Made by a program: the position numbers and the translations under genes. Under the pieces are notes generated by a model. It was not told the DNA's origin. It ran no database searches and was given only the letters and a program-made list of their open reading frames with translations. DNA of 64,000 nucleotides. It comes from Callorhinchus milii. Its lineage: Eukaryota. The stretch is taken from positions 16,494,001-16,558,000 of the forward strand of contig NW_024704742.1 of the NCBI RefSeq assembly GCF_018977255.1, written 5' to 3'. Of the stretch, positions 47,461 through 60,925 are shown one piece after another; position 1 is the stretch's first letter, and every line of letters begins with the position of its first letter.

Positions 47461-48159
47461 AAGTCAGCATTGTCTTTATTCTTCGGATATGTATTTTATT
47501 GTAGGTTATTTTAGTGTCCCTTTCAATTAAATACCTATAAATAAAGTTAAATTGTTGCTAATGACTGCAGGAGCAGAAATAGTGCAATTCATCAATGTTA
47601 AACTGGCATTAATGGTGATCATTTTATAACAATTGCATTTTGTGGGCATGTGAGATGTGCCGGAGAGCATGAGGTGCAGATGTTGCTGTTAATAATAGAG
47701 TATTGTAATTTTCACAGTGATAATCTGCCAAACTTCTCATCTCTTTAAAGCAATATTCCACTATTTGAGCCCACCCCCACACACGCACCAATTACAATGT
47801 TCCTACTCCTGCTATATCACAAAATCTTAAATTGTATAAAGGAACACGCAATGGAGTCTATCTTACAATCTTTTCCTAACTTTACAATTGAGAAATACCT
47901 TTACAATAAGAAAGCAAAAAGTTCAGTATTTTTAACAATCTATGTCAATAATATTTTTTCAGTTGCTAATTAGATATTGCTTTGTGCATTGAACACATTT
48001 GCAGTTTGTAAGGAATCATTTTTGCATCCAGCACCCATCATCCTTATTGAGAATATCACTGGACCTTCAACTTCAGCTATTATCTCTGCTGGTCTCCCAA
48101 AATTAAGTTTCCTAAGAGACAGACTTATGATTTTTTTGTTGGTAAGTCGGGTATCTTTA

Positions 48160-48326
48160 ATAATAATAATTTAGTCACTCAATCCACGATTGTTTGCGTG
48201 CAATTGGCTGCCGTGTTTCGCCCACAAAATAGAGCCATTCCACTTTACAATATAATCTGTGAAGACCTTTGAGACATCTCAATGACGTAATAAGAGTTTA
48301 TATCAAATGCAAGAATTATTATTATT
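48160..48326 (+). mobile_element. SINE 3' half
   Basis: GTCACTCAATCCACGATTGTTTG...TATCAAATGCAAGAATTATTATT. Confidence 0.8.
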
Positions 48327-48749
48327 TTTTGCCTGACGAGTACAAAAACCCATCACCATGTTTAAAACTCTAAATCAAACAACTTGCATTTATATAGCAC
48401 CCTTCACGCAGGATAGCATCCTGGAGCACTGAAATCAAACAAGCAGCAGGAAACTTGTGAAATAGTGCTCTATAAGGTTCAATTTTAGTGGGTTAAATCA
48501 GTAACCCAAATACAGATTCTCACAGACGTTGGCTCTTGCCAACTTGTGTCTCATTCTGTCTAGAATAAGGTAATCAAGGTTCATCCTCCGTGTTAGAGAG
48601 TGTGCATTCCATTCCACGCAAAGGGAAATTTCCATGCGTAGATGATGTACATATGTTGAACTCTCAATCTGGTTTGGATACTCTTAAGCATGGTAAGAGG
48701 TTTCTGCTTATGTCTGCCAGACTAACCGAAAAAATGTTACAAACCACAA

Positions 48750-48925
48750 TATCACAAGTTCCATAAAGATTGCTTTGGATGAAGAAGGCTCATTGGCCCA
48801 TCTGATTTTACCTCTCCAGAATACCCACCTCTACCATCCTCCCATCACAGCATCAAGCTACTTTTTGAATGAGTCTAGTGTCCTGCCTCAACCACCCTTC
48901 TTGGTAACCTGCTCCAGTCATTTGT
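48750..48925 (-). mobile_element. Old CR1 3' fragment
   Basis: TTTGGATGAAGAAGGCTCATTGGCCCATCTG...CCCATCACAGCATCAAGCTACTTTTTGAATGAGTC. Confidence 0.65.
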
Positions 48926-49524
48926 GTAAACTGGAAAACTGACAAGCTACCAACTGTGTGTCCAGCTAGGACCACCATACCTATTAAGGCTATGGCTTGG
49001 CAGAGTTAACAGGAGTTGAATAGCCAGAATCCACAGTGACTGATCTGTGCCATTGAGCCAGGCTGGCTAGTCCATTGCCATTGGTGACTACCATTGCTCA
49101 GGTACCAACCCACTGAGAGATCCAAAAACATTCCAATATTCTATTGCGAGGCAAGACATCTTGGAGTCAACTCAACCCCAAAGAAACTTGTCCCCCTCCT
49201 CCCTAGGATGGCAATCTATATTGGGCACTAGCCATTTAACAAACACAAGTTTGAGCCTTTGCAAGACAAAAAGCACATTGTATTTGGGCTTCAGGTCCAA
49301 GATACCTGCTACCTCTCCAAGGGCTGTCAAAACATGGATTGTTTCATTGCTGCATATTTCATCCCCAGCTGTGTGCTGGTGAATCAACAGTCCAAGTATC
49401 TGCCATTTGTTCATTCAAAAATGTTTGTAATTGCATAATTGTTTCTCTCATATGCATATAGAAAGGGATAGATTAGCAAAATGCACTATATGTTAATATT
49501 TGTCATTTATATATTCAAATAAGT

Positions 49525-49920
49525 GTCAGTTTGACATAAGTGATAAAACTCTCATTTCTGGATCAGAATGTTCTGAGTTGAGTTTTTGAGTGCACATAGA
49601 CTAGATGGTAAATGCAGTACATTACTGGGGAGAACATTGCATTGTCAGAGGTCCTGTCTTTCAGAAGAGATAATAAAGCAAGGTCTCACCCGACTGTTTT
49701 GAGTGGATGCGGAAGATCACTTGACAATATTAAAAACAGAGAATGGAGTTTTTCCCAGTATCCTGGCTAATGATCTTCCAGATCAATTCTTCAATCAGCC
49801 CCAGGGCTGTTTATGGGACCTTGCAAATGTCGCCACATTTGTGACAAAAACACATGACAGTAATTATCTGCAAAAGACTTTGAAACATTTTATTATAATG
49901 AGGTGTTATAAAAATGTAAG
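49525..49920 (+). mobile_element. Old DeuSINE, diverged
   Basis: GCATTGTCAGAGGTCC...CCCAGTATCCTGGCTAA...GGGACCTTGC. Confidence 0.6.
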
Positions 49921-50599
49921 GCCTTCATTTCAAATGGACCTCTACACTTTCATAATTTTATATATTTAAATGTTCTTTGCTTAGTCTCACCCACTGTATA
50001 CTTCTTTGATGTACACAATCTAAGGTCGTGCTTACAACTAGGAAAATACCATCATTATAGTGAAAATCCAGCGCTTGCTCATTGAGCTGCAGTACACTCA
50101 AGTGAATTTAATTATCATTTCTGAAAAAGTGCAGCAAGCAGGGCATAACCAAGGTGAAAGCTGACGTCCCAAAATCAGCAAAATGTTCTCATGGTGAATA
50201 GCATGGAAGAATAAGGGATTAGTTAGTGTATTGACCTGGGGCTGAAAGAAGTGAACTTATTATATGAAGTAATGAGAATGATTTGTTGTTCTCTTGTTTT
50301 ATTTGATTACACAATAAATCAGGAACTAATATTCCTAAAGGCTTCCTAGATAAGATACTCAGTGAATGGGATTCGAGTTCATTTTGTATCATTCTATATT
50401 CCATAATATAAAGCTGAATAAAGCTTTATACACTAACAACAAAAAATACAACACAATTACATTTGTATAGTGCCTTTCATGTCAGGAGGACTTCCCAAAG
50501 CGCTGGACAATCAATGTTTCGGACCTTAATACTTAAGTAGTTACTACACAAACATTCATGCAAAATTCACTGCCAGAAGCTTTGGGTGAAGCAAAAAGC

Positions 50600-50815
50600 A
50601 TTAATAATCTTTACATTTGATAAACATCTAAAGTGCTTCACAGGATTTACTGTAAAATGTAGTGACTATGTATTTCATAGGCAAACATGGCGAGACAATT
50701 TGCACACAGCAATGTCCCACTAATAGCCACAAAGTGAATGATTAGTTTTATCTGTCAGATTGTTGGCAGGACACTGGAGAAACTGCTTTCTCATTTTGAA
50801 TAGCGCTATGGGTTC
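50600..50815 (-). mobile_element. Old DeuSINE 3' half
   Basis: GTGCTTCACAGGATTTACTGTAAA...CAATTTGCACACAGCAATGTCCCAC...GGCAGGACACTGGAGAAAC. Confidence 0.72.
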
Positions 50816-50997
50816 TTTGGAAGGAATCATTTTTGCATCCAACATGAGAGTGCTACCGTCTGATACCATATCAATCCATTTAATTGAGAAATTAATGCAT
50901 GCATGAGGGAGAAAGGAATAGAGGGCATGGGAGGGGAATAGGGAGAGAGGATTAGAAAGGGATGAAGGCTCATGTAGAGTATAAGCAACCGCTCTTA

Positions 50998-51435
50998 ACT
51001 TGGCTCAGTTGATATAAGTTGATATAAGTCAGAGATTGTGGGCTCACAGTCCAGACTGATGCTCCAATACAGTAGTGGGGGAACTCTGCATTGTCAGAGA
51101 TGCCAATCTTTTATTTTTACACCCAGTCAGATGGGTTTTATTTTTTGATTCTCTGAATCAGAAAATTAACTGAGATCCCATTTGACTAATCAAGTGGTTG
51201 TTAAACATCCCATGTCACTGTTCAAATTATAAGTGAGATTCTCCCTAATCAATAATCCCCCAGATAATCCCGTTTGGTCATTCACTTATGAACTGTTTGA
51301 GCTACATTGCTGTTTGTAAATTGGCTGCTGCATTCAACTGCAAAATACACAATCACTACAATTTACAGTAAATCATGTACTTTGAGACATCCTCCTGATG
51401 TGAAAGGCACTATATCAAATGTAATGATTATTATA
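50998..51435 (+). mobile_element. Old DeuSINE carrying an internal ~60 bp foreign segment
   Basis: TTGGCTCAGTTG...GCATTGTCAGAGATGCC...TTAAACATCCCATGTCACT...GGCACTATATCAAATG. Confidence 0.72.
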
Positions 51436-51974
51436 ATTTACATATTTCTACCTAAAGGTAAACAAGAGACAATGGTTGGAATCAACTGATTATTAATAAA
51501 TTGTTTTTAACTGGAACACCTTCCCAAACAACTATTACAGATGGATTTTATTTTTAAACCGAATCAGATGGGTTTTATTTTTTGTTCTCTTTCTCTGAAA
51601 AATGACTATTTGTTTGTCATTTGGACATCATCTTCCACTCTTCAACCAAAACTTGCTCAGGTGGAACATAGTGAACATTGAGTCTGAATTGAATTGGCGG
51701 CCAATAAAGAAATAAATGTGTTTCAAGTATGGAGGTCTGTGCTTTTCCATTGCACTGTAAAGCAAGTTAACTGTGGCATCCCACTCACACCATTGTCCAT
51801 AGAATAAAAATGTCATTAAATGGGTTCTCTTTTGATGGCTTTTCTTTGGCCATGCAAGCTTACAGGAGTCCACAGTGTGACAGCTCATTGCAGAATTTCA
51901 GAAGCCCATTCTGTAGTTGAACCACAAGATGTTACTGTCAGGACAATCCTGATGCCATTTTCAGACTAATTTCT

Positions 51975-52265
51975 TACTAGTTTGAATCCTAGTCCATGCT
52001 ATTTGCTGATCTCAATCAGGGCTGCATAGGGAGGCTCAATTGGCCCTGATCTTCAAAGTTCAGGGAAGGAAAAAACAGTCAGGGTTCCTGCTCTGAGTCT
52101 CGCTACAGGTTACGTGCTTGTGTAGCATCCAGGCAGGGGGAGGTTAAGTTCAGCTGTGACACCCTCTACAGTTGGGGATCTTGTGGACATTCACACAGGA
52201 GCAACAGTCACTTGGATGGGGTACTGCAAAGCAACCAGCGCCATTGGAACTGCACCCCAAGAGGA
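51975..52265 (+). mobile_element. Ancient SINE-like element (unassigned family)
   Basis: B-box-like AGTTTGAATCCT, then GCTGATCTCAATCAGGGC...CAATTGGCC...GGGAAGGAAAAAACAGTCAGGGTTCCTGCTC; homologous to 45050-45168. Confidence 0.55.
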
Positions 52266-54796
52266 GGAGACCTCGCCAAGAATAGAGAGGCATAAACCAG
52301 TGGGTTGAAACTAAATTTTAAATGAAAGATGTTTCTTTCAATATTCTTCCCAAAGAGGTCCACAGTTGATCCTTTCTTTATTCAGTCTTACTCCACTGTC
52401 TTTAAAATCTTGTTGGGCTGCATTCAAACCAATGGAAGCAGAGCAATGTCAGAGTAATGCAAATTCGCACCTTAGCATATATGCAGAACTCTAGCTCTTT
52501 TTAAAAAATCGTATTAAAAAGCTGGCCATCTGAAATGTGCTGTTTTTACACAGTATTAAACAGAAAATAAAGAAAAATACAGAAAAGTAGTTTAGGATCC
52601 AGATAGAAATGTATTTGGTCTGTGGTTGTGTCTTAATTTCTTTTTAATATTGTTGCAGTGTATGAACTCAAAGATTGCTTGATGAGATTGGGTGAGGGAT
52701 AATGAAAAGACAAATCTAGTGATAAACACATCACAGCATTAATACACTCATGCAATGTATTCACTATTAGATAGTTCAGACTTTCATGGGATACAGCTGA
52801 AAGAAACCATCCAGTAACTCTTTTGTATGTCTGAGAACAGGAGTATCGCCAGGGAATTGGTGTTCACTGGCCAGCCAATCACAGCAACCCTGTTTTAATT
52901 ATAATGATTCCCAATAAAACAGAAACATGTTAAAACATACCTTGGGAATAAAAGATTAAAAAATGTTTGGTTGAATAAGTGTTCCATGGGGACAGAAATA
53001 CTGAGCGTGTAAAGATAATTTGTCCCAACCGGTACGTTCCTCCACCAATTCAGACACAAGAACACTATCAGGCATAAATTTCTATCTCAATTTAATTTTA
53101 CCCACAATTTAATTTTAATTTCATTTAATTTATAATTTGAAATTTGTGTTACCCATCCGTATCTCTCAAGCTCACAGCTCTCTCAGGGGCCAGCATTGCT
53201 ATGTTTGCTAATTTTAGTGAACATGTGGACAACATAAACAGCGCCAGTATTCGGTACCATTGCGTCAAAAAAATGTTTTCATTACCATTCCTGTGAGGAC
53301 TTGTGACCTCTCATAAAAGGGGAAAAAAGGCCAATTTATCTAGTTAAGACTTTGATAAATCATCATTAAAGGCAGCTGAGAAAACACAAGAAAATGTGAG
53401 TGCAGTAGAGCCTATTATCCACACTATTTGTTACCGGCCTTAATGGGGACATGGACAAAGTGCAGATAACAGGTCAGACTCACCAGATATAGAAATTGGG
53501 TACAAAGATTTCTTCTATCAGGAGCTACAGTCTCTTGTAGACTGCCCCAACCCTTCAATTTTATTCTGTGTTTGCCTCTTTTGCTATGACTCTCCCTATT
53601 ATATATTTATTTTCCTCTCTGATTCTCTTTCACTCTGACTCATACAAAGGTCATGTTGCTATATACAAACTTTATGCTTCACCACGCCTTGTCATTGAGT
53701 ATAGCTGATAATGAGCTCAGGTCCTCAGTTAAACAAAACAATTCCCTGACATTAACATAGTTACTAAAATTGTAAAGAAAAGAAACAAGACCTCTGGTGC
53801 AGCAAGCTTAAGATACTTCTAATTGCAATTAAACTGGTGCCTCAAGTTCTCAAGTCTTAGTATGGATGAAAAGTATGATCCCAACCACATATCACCGATC
53901 AGCTGTTTTCTATGGAGCAGAACTGATCAGTTCATTCCAAAGCCAATAGCTGATCTAGTGCAGAGTGGGATCTAGGCTCCCTGGAGCATGAAAGTGAGCT
54001 GCTGTTATATTTACACGTTGCCTCTGGAGAAAGTTTTAACTTTCACTCCAAATGGTAATGCGAAAGCAGTATAGAGAGTAGTTGAATGATTCCAAAACAT
54101 GGGTTTAAATAAATCCTCTCTCAGCACTTGACAAGTTTATTGTCTTTTATAACAACTCTCATCCATGAATTTTACTGCATTAATGAGACAATTAAAGTTG
54201 GAGTGTGTAAACCAGTGGTCTCTCATAGGTTCACCTCATTGCTGATTATTCCTCTCTCTGGTCCTGAGGCTCAGCTTATTGTTGCAGGTCAGTCATTGGA
54301 TTTCAAAATGAGAAATTTATTAGAGTTTAACACAGTCGATAGCTTTTCTCCTGCAAGGCAAGGAAATTCTTTCAGATTGCGCTGAAAAGCAATGCTCCAA
54401 AAAAAATCCTTCAAGAGCTATTAACTATTCAAAGACAATGACATATACTCCATCAGTACCCACTCTCCTGACTCCTTCCAGATGCAGGCCACCTGGAAGA
54501 TAAGTTTCTGCATTATCAATCTCTGGGTATATCTCAACAGGCTCATTCACCACATAATGCAGGTAAACACCGTAAAAAAAACAAAGGGATTATTATTGCA
54601 TACTTGACTTCACAGATTATTGATGGGTCAGTGTTGCTTCAATTGACTTGGCAAACAAGTGCTTCTTGGTTTCACCATTTATCACCCTAGACTCACAATA
54701 AATGTTCATTGCGCTAAGAATTGTTAAAAGCTGTACAGTAATCCTTCATGAAGTTTAGGGAGAGGATATTCCACTTTGGAAGGAATGCAGAATTCA

Positions 54797-55197
54797 GTGT
54801 CAGTCAGTTGGTAACATTTTCGCCTCTGACTCACAAGATCTTTGGTTCAAGCCCAACACTGAGACTTTGAGCTCATCTTGCAGTGCGGTGCTAAAGGAAA
54901 CATTGCATTATCAGAGGTGCTATACTTCAAATGAGACATGAAACCAAGGTCCTGTCTGTATGTTCAGGTGGATGTTAAAGATTCTGTGGCAGTATTTGAA
55001 TAGAGAAAAGTTTCTTCTGGTGTCCTGGCCATTAATTCCCAAGGTAAAACTGATCATTCATTTCATGGCTGTTTGTGATACATTGCAGTGTGCTCCATAA
55101 ACATTGAAATACACAGTCATTCCAGTTTACTGTAAAACTCTATGAAGTGTTTTGATGATGTGATAAGGCCCTATACAAATGCAAGGATTTTTATTAT
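54797..55197 (+). mobile_element. Old tRNA-headed DeuSINE
   Basis: CAGTTGGTAAC...GGTTCAAGCCC...GTGGATGTTAAAGATTCTGTGGCAGT...ATACAAATGCAAGGATT. Confidence 0.8.
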
Positions 55198-56169
55198 GTC
55201 ATTAGCCTCTTTGACAGTGCATATTTATATTAGAAACCACACAAATTGCTGCACTTAGCAAAAGGCAGAATATCTCTCGAGAGACACCTAAAAAACACTG
55301 AACCACAAGCTTGAGTGGTCTCAGGCACTTTATATTCCTGCCTCTAACCCTCAGTTGAGCTATCAAAAGCAAAAAGTGCCTTGTAGGGTACGTCATTTTC
55401 AGTCAGAGCAGAGATTTGTTGACTGCAAGAAAGTGGAATATAGGATTATTGTGAAGTCAAAAGCATCAGACATTTGATTGCAAACTGCTTTTGGCTATTA
55501 GTATTGCTTTATAGTTATCTAGTTTCTTGCAAAAGGATCTACATGATTTTAATCAATTTCCTTATGCTATTAATTTGTACATTATTGAGCTGTTGCATGC
55601 AATTATTAATGTGCTATTGCTTTATCTCTAGGTAATTTTCAGATGTCTCTATCAATATGTGTTTTGCATGGTAATGCCAATAATAATTTTGCATCAATCT
55701 ACAAACAAGTTAGATACACTTGTGAACACATTTTGTACTGTTGATTTTATCACCAACTTTTGGCATAATCTCCTATATTCATCTCCCACAAATTACTATT
55801 TAAAAGATGCAAGGCAAAACAGTCTTAAAAGCTTGATAAAATAGTACTGTACGTACATTTTATATAGCAATTTATCAAGACACTTCTTACTATGAGTTGT
55901 TTTGAAGTGTTTATGTTGGTAAAATCAAAGGCATTTTAATAATTTATCTTACAATATTTGGCTTAGTTAATTCAATATTAAGAATTAGGTTTTGGAATCC
56001 TCTATTAACCCATCAATTTTGTTGTGAGATATATATGCTGCTACTATGTAACAACGTTATCATTTACTAATACCTCATTTAGAACAAAGACCAAAACCAC
56101 AAATAAATGTTGACCTTATGGAATTAGATAATAATTAAACAATAGATGGTAGGTTACATATGAAGTGTA

Positions 56170-56510
56170 TTGAGAGTGCAGTGGGGAGCTTTAGTACTGT
56201 GGTGGGTGGGAGCTGCATTGTTGGAAGTGCCATACTTTGGATGAGATATTAAACTAAGGTGCTATCTGCCTGTTCGGGTTTGATGTTAAAGATCCCGTCA
56301 CACTACTTGAGAAGAGAAGGGAGTTTCTTGGTCAACAATCTCCCAAATAAAATTGGTTGTTTATTTCATGGCATTTTGTGGGACATTGCTGTGCACAAGT
56401 GGGCTGTCACATTCAGCTACAAAATAACCAGCCACTACTATTTCCAGTATATTCTTTGAAGTGCTTTGAGACTTGGAAGGCACTATACCAAATATAACGA
56501 TGATTATTGT
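56170..56510 (+). mobile_element. Old DeuSINE lacking its head
   Basis: GGATGAGATATTAAAC...GTTAAAGATCCCGTCACACT...GGGACATTGCTGTGCACAAGTGGGCTG. Confidence 0.75.
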
Positions 56511-56889
56511 AGCCTGGAGTGGTACTAAAGTGACCAACAAGAAGCAACCTTCTTGTACACATAGAATTCAGGGCAACTGTATAATCCATTGATCAACGTT
56601 TGCCAACTGAAATCTGAAATTTACAATTGATAAACTGTAGCTGTTTTCACTGATTGTGACTGGATGGGGTATTTGGGTAAACATTTAATTCAGTGTTGGA
56701 TGCATTTGGCGACGTCAAAGCCGTCAAAGCCGTTAATGATATTTCCATTAGAGTCTTGCATTGCCAAAAAGTGCAATGCTGAAAAGAATACAGTAAATCC
56801 CCGAATTACTAGACTTTGGATGTCCAGAATTCGGACCTAGGTCAACTGGGTTATGAAACAGATAAAAAATTCCGCTGGCCGCATGCAGA

Positions 56890-58985
56890 CTTTATTTCCA
56901 CTGGTGGGTAGGTCGGTAATCCAAGTACACCAATTTAAAATAACTGTTAAAAGAAACAAAGGGGAGGTGAGGAGAATTTTTTTCACAACAACAACAAGAT
57001 TACATTTGTTTAGCGCCTTTCACATCTAGGGGATGTCCCAAGGCGCTGGACAGTGTACAGCATTTCAGACCCAAGCTGAGGTCAGGGAGGGAGAAGGGAG
57101 GGAGGGTAAGGGGGATGGCTGATGGGATGGTCGAAGAGGAGAATCTTCAGGCGGGACTTAAAGGAGGCTAAGGAGGGGCGAGGTGGAGTGACTGGGAGAT
57201 GGAATTCCAGAGGTTGGGGGCAGAGTGGCTGAAGACTCTCCCGCCAATGGTGGGGCTGGTGGGTTGGGGGACGTGGAGCAGGCCGCAGCCGGCTGAGCGG
57301 AGGGAGCGGGCGGGTTGGTAGGGGGTTAGGGGGTCACAGAGGTAGGGTGGGGCAAGGTCATGGAGGGCTTTGTATGTGAGGACCAGGATCTTGAATTGGA
57401 TCCTCTGAAGGATAGGGAGCCAATGAAGTCAGGAGAGACTGGGGGAGATGGGGTCACGGAGTTGGTGCGGGAGAGGGCACGGGCTGCAGAGTTCTGGATT
57501 ATCTGCAGCCTGTGGAGGGAAGAGTTGGGAAGGCCGACAAGCAGGGCATTTGCATAGTCAAACCTGGAGATGATGAAGGCAGGAACAAGAGTCTCAGCAG
57601 CCTGAGGGGTGAGGTAGTGGTGGAGTCGGGCGATGTTACGGAGGTGAGGGAAGGCAGAGTGGGTCATGGCTTGGATGTGGGGAAGAAAAGACTGTTGAGG
57701 GTCGAACAAGATACCTAGGATCCTGACTGGCTTGGTGAGTCGTAGTGTGCAGGTTGATGCTGCCAGAGCCTGAGGTTCAGAGGCGCCGGCACGAGCCAAT
57801 CAGGAGGGCCTCAGTCTTGTTTATATTCAACTTTAGGAAATTTGCCCTCATCCAGGACTTGATGTCCGACAGGAAGCAGTGGTCCTGGAGCTGAGGGTGG
57901 AGGCAGAAAGATAGAGTTGGGTGTCATCCACATACATATGGAAGTTGACCCCATGTCTGCGGATGATCTCACCAAGGGGGAGCATGTAGATATTAAAGAG
58001 GAGAGGGCGAAGGACAGAGCCCTGGGGGTCGACGGACGTGACAATGCGGGGGATGGAGGAGAAACCGTTACAGGCAACAAAGTGGAGACGGTGAGAGAGA
58101 TAGGATTCGGTCCAGGCAAGGGCAAGTCCATGAAGATTAAATAAAGAGGAGAGGCTGTGTATGAGGATGGAGTGGTCAACAGTGTCGAAGGAGGTAGAGA
58201 GGTCGAGGAGGACAAGGAGGCAGAGGGAGCCCTGATCACAGATGTTCAGAATGTCATTAGTGACTTTGACCAGGGCTGTTTCCGTGCTTTGGGCAGCACG
58301 GAAATCGGATTGGAGGGGTTCAAAGAGGGAACGGAGAGAAAGAAAGGAGCGGAGCTGGGAAGCGATGACTCATTCCAGGACCTTGGAAAGGAATGGGAGT
58401 TTAGAGAGGAGGGATGGATCCAGGGAAGGTTTTATCTGGGTGGGGGTAATGACAGCTGTTTTTAGATGGTTGGGAACTGAACCGGTGGACAAGGAGAGGT
58501 TGATGACATTGGACAGGAGAGAGGCCAGAAAGTGGAGCTGGGAGATAAGGAGAGAGGTGGGGATGGGATCGAGGGAGCAGGTGATGGGTTTGGGTCTGCG
58601 AATGATGGCGGTGAGGGAATAGGGAGAGATAGCATCAAAGGAGTATAGGGCGGGATGGGTGGGGTGTGGGTCATGAGGGAGAGGTGATGTGGGGGTGGCG
58701 GTGGACGGGATAGAGGTAGCTGAACGTATCCCCTCGATTTTGGATTCGAGGAAATCGAGCATCTTCACACAATAGAGTTGTTCAGATCTGGAATGCATTG
58801 CCTGAAAGGTAGAAGCCGATTTGATAACAACTTTTAAGAGAGGAGTGGATAATTATTTGGGGAGGAGGGCTGTGAGGAGAGTGCGGGGGAGTGGGATTGA
58901 ATTGGATAGCTCTTTTCAAAGAGCCAGCACAGACACGATGGGCTGAATGGCCTCCTTCTGTGCTGTATAATTCTATGATTCTATG
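56890..58985 (+). mobile_element. CR1 3' fragment split by a 1.8 kb L2 insertion (flanks ~56890-56987 and 58764-58985)
   Basis: TTTCCACTGGTGGG...GAGGAGAATTTTTTTCACA | CAATAGAGTTGTTCAGATCTGGAATGC...TGGCCTCCTTCTGTGCTGTATAATTCTATGATTCTATG. Confidence 0.85.
56988..58763 (-). mobile_element. L2-clade LINE, 5'-truncated, degenerate RT domain plus 3' end, 6-bp TSD TTCACA
   Basis: TCSLDPIPT...LKTAVITP...SKLPFLSKVLE; LLVLLDLSTSFDTVDH; FHMYVDD; AAETLVPAFIISRFDYANALL...QNSAAR; (CAA)n tail; TTCACA at 56982-56987 and 58764-58769. Confidence 0.96.
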
Positions 58986-60614
58986 AAAAGGATGGCAAGG
59001 AAGATTCCAGGTCTAGGGTCTACCCTACTAAGAAACCCTCAGTGTGATAATAATTCAACTCAAAGCACTCCAATCCACTAAGTAGAACCACACATCCCTT
59101 TGTCCCACTTCCAGAGTCCTTTGTATGTCTGTCTTTAATCTTATTGGATTTCTTAATTGCCCTTTACTTATTGAAGGGATGTCCTACAAACAGACCTTAT
59201 TTTCCCCAGAGAAAATAAGGTCCCCAGAGAAAATAAGGTCTGGGGTGGGGAAGGTGTGGGGGGCTGTGTCAAATGTCATTGAATTGCTGAAGAAATGTAA
59301 GGAAAATTGCATTTAATATGTTTTGTGAGCAGTAATAGAAATCTCACAAATGGCACTTTTCAAAAAATATTGGAAGGTGTTCCCATCTTCCCTTCTCAAC
59401 ATACACACATGTGCATGGATGTACACACACAGGGTTGTGGGTCTGTGGAACATGTCCATGGCTATTGGACTAATCTTGGATCTTGGGACTAATGATTTCT
59501 GATGGACAAGTTAAAAGGCAGAGGTGTGGAGAAGTAATATTTGTCCTAATCTTACATGATAATAATGGGTCTGCACGCTAAAATAGATTTTTTTTTATTG
59601 GGTTCCTGATAAATGAATGCAGTTTGTCCCATTAATGAATCCCCTCATTGACTTTTACAAACACCGGTCTGTTTCTTTTCTCTCAAAAAAATGGATCCTA
59701 TGGGGAGTGAAGGGAGTAAACCTGTACTGTGCAGATGTATTTTATAGTTTTAATGTATGCCAAATGCACACCTCCATCTTTGGACATCCAGATTGATGTG
59801 GTTTGATTCCCAATTTAACAGTTTATGTAAAAACAACTTCCATCATTTTATCTAGTCTAAAAAACCTCAATATGTTAAAATATTGCAGTCCAGCTAAATA
59901 ACTTTTTTTAGTCTGGTTGTGAACATGGTTGATTATCTCTGTAGGCAAGATTACCAAGATTTGTTCTTTTTTAATATTCTGATTGACTGTTATTTAATTA
60001 TAGTACAAAAAGATTATTCATGCATACATTGTCAGCAATGTGCTTGAATTTCTAACATTAATGGTGAATGGCATTTGATAATAAAAGCTCCCAAGAAGCA
60101 AAAATGTTGCAGTTGCACTGTGATAGAATGTAACATATTTGGATCTGTTGAAATACATTGTTTCTGGTTATGGGAATAAGGTATACAAATAATTTGTAGA
60201 GATTCAACAAGTCAAAATTATATTTTCAACAAACAAAAATGAAATGAAACATGATTTAACAAACCGTAGGATTGGTTTATTAAATAGTATTTTGTTTCAT
60301 TTGTGTTTGTTAAAATCAAAGCAAAATAGAAATACCCAACATCATGGGAAATATGCAAAACCAACCTGCACTTAGAATCCATCAACAAATAAGTTGTGTG
60401 TGGATAGAATGGCATTCTATTAACATCGTGAAAGACATAATAGAGAATGTAATAAAGATTCTTAAAAATGTTATGAACTGTTGTAATGTTTAAATATTTA
60501 GTAGAATTTTTTTGCGGGTCATTGTTTCTCTATAAGCACAGTGAGACTACACGTACTCTTATTTTTGTTCGCCCACAAAATACACAGTCAGTCTACTTTA
60601 CAGTAAATCTGATA

Positions 60615-60925
60615 GTCCAATACAGTGCTGGCTGCTTTGTCGGAGGTGCTGTCCTTTGGATGAGATGTCAAGATGAGGTCCTGCCAGCTTTTTAATGTCA
60701 AAGTTAAAGATCCCTTGGCACTATTCTAAAAGAGAAGTGAGTTTCTCCCACTGTTCTAGCCAACAATCCTCAAGCTAAAATTGATCATCACTCATTTGTT
60801 ATTTATAGGGCATTGTTGTGTGCAAATTGGCTGCCACATTTGCCTATGAATACAATCATTTTAAATTTCTGTGAGGCGCTTTGATGATGTGACAGGCACT
60901 ATATCAAATGCAACAATCATTAAGG
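60615..60925 (+). mobile_element. Old DeuSINE lacking its head
   Basis: TGTCGGAGGTGCTGTCCTTTGGATGAGATG...GTTAAAGATCCCTTGGCACTATT...GGCACTATATCAAATGC. Confidence 0.78.
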
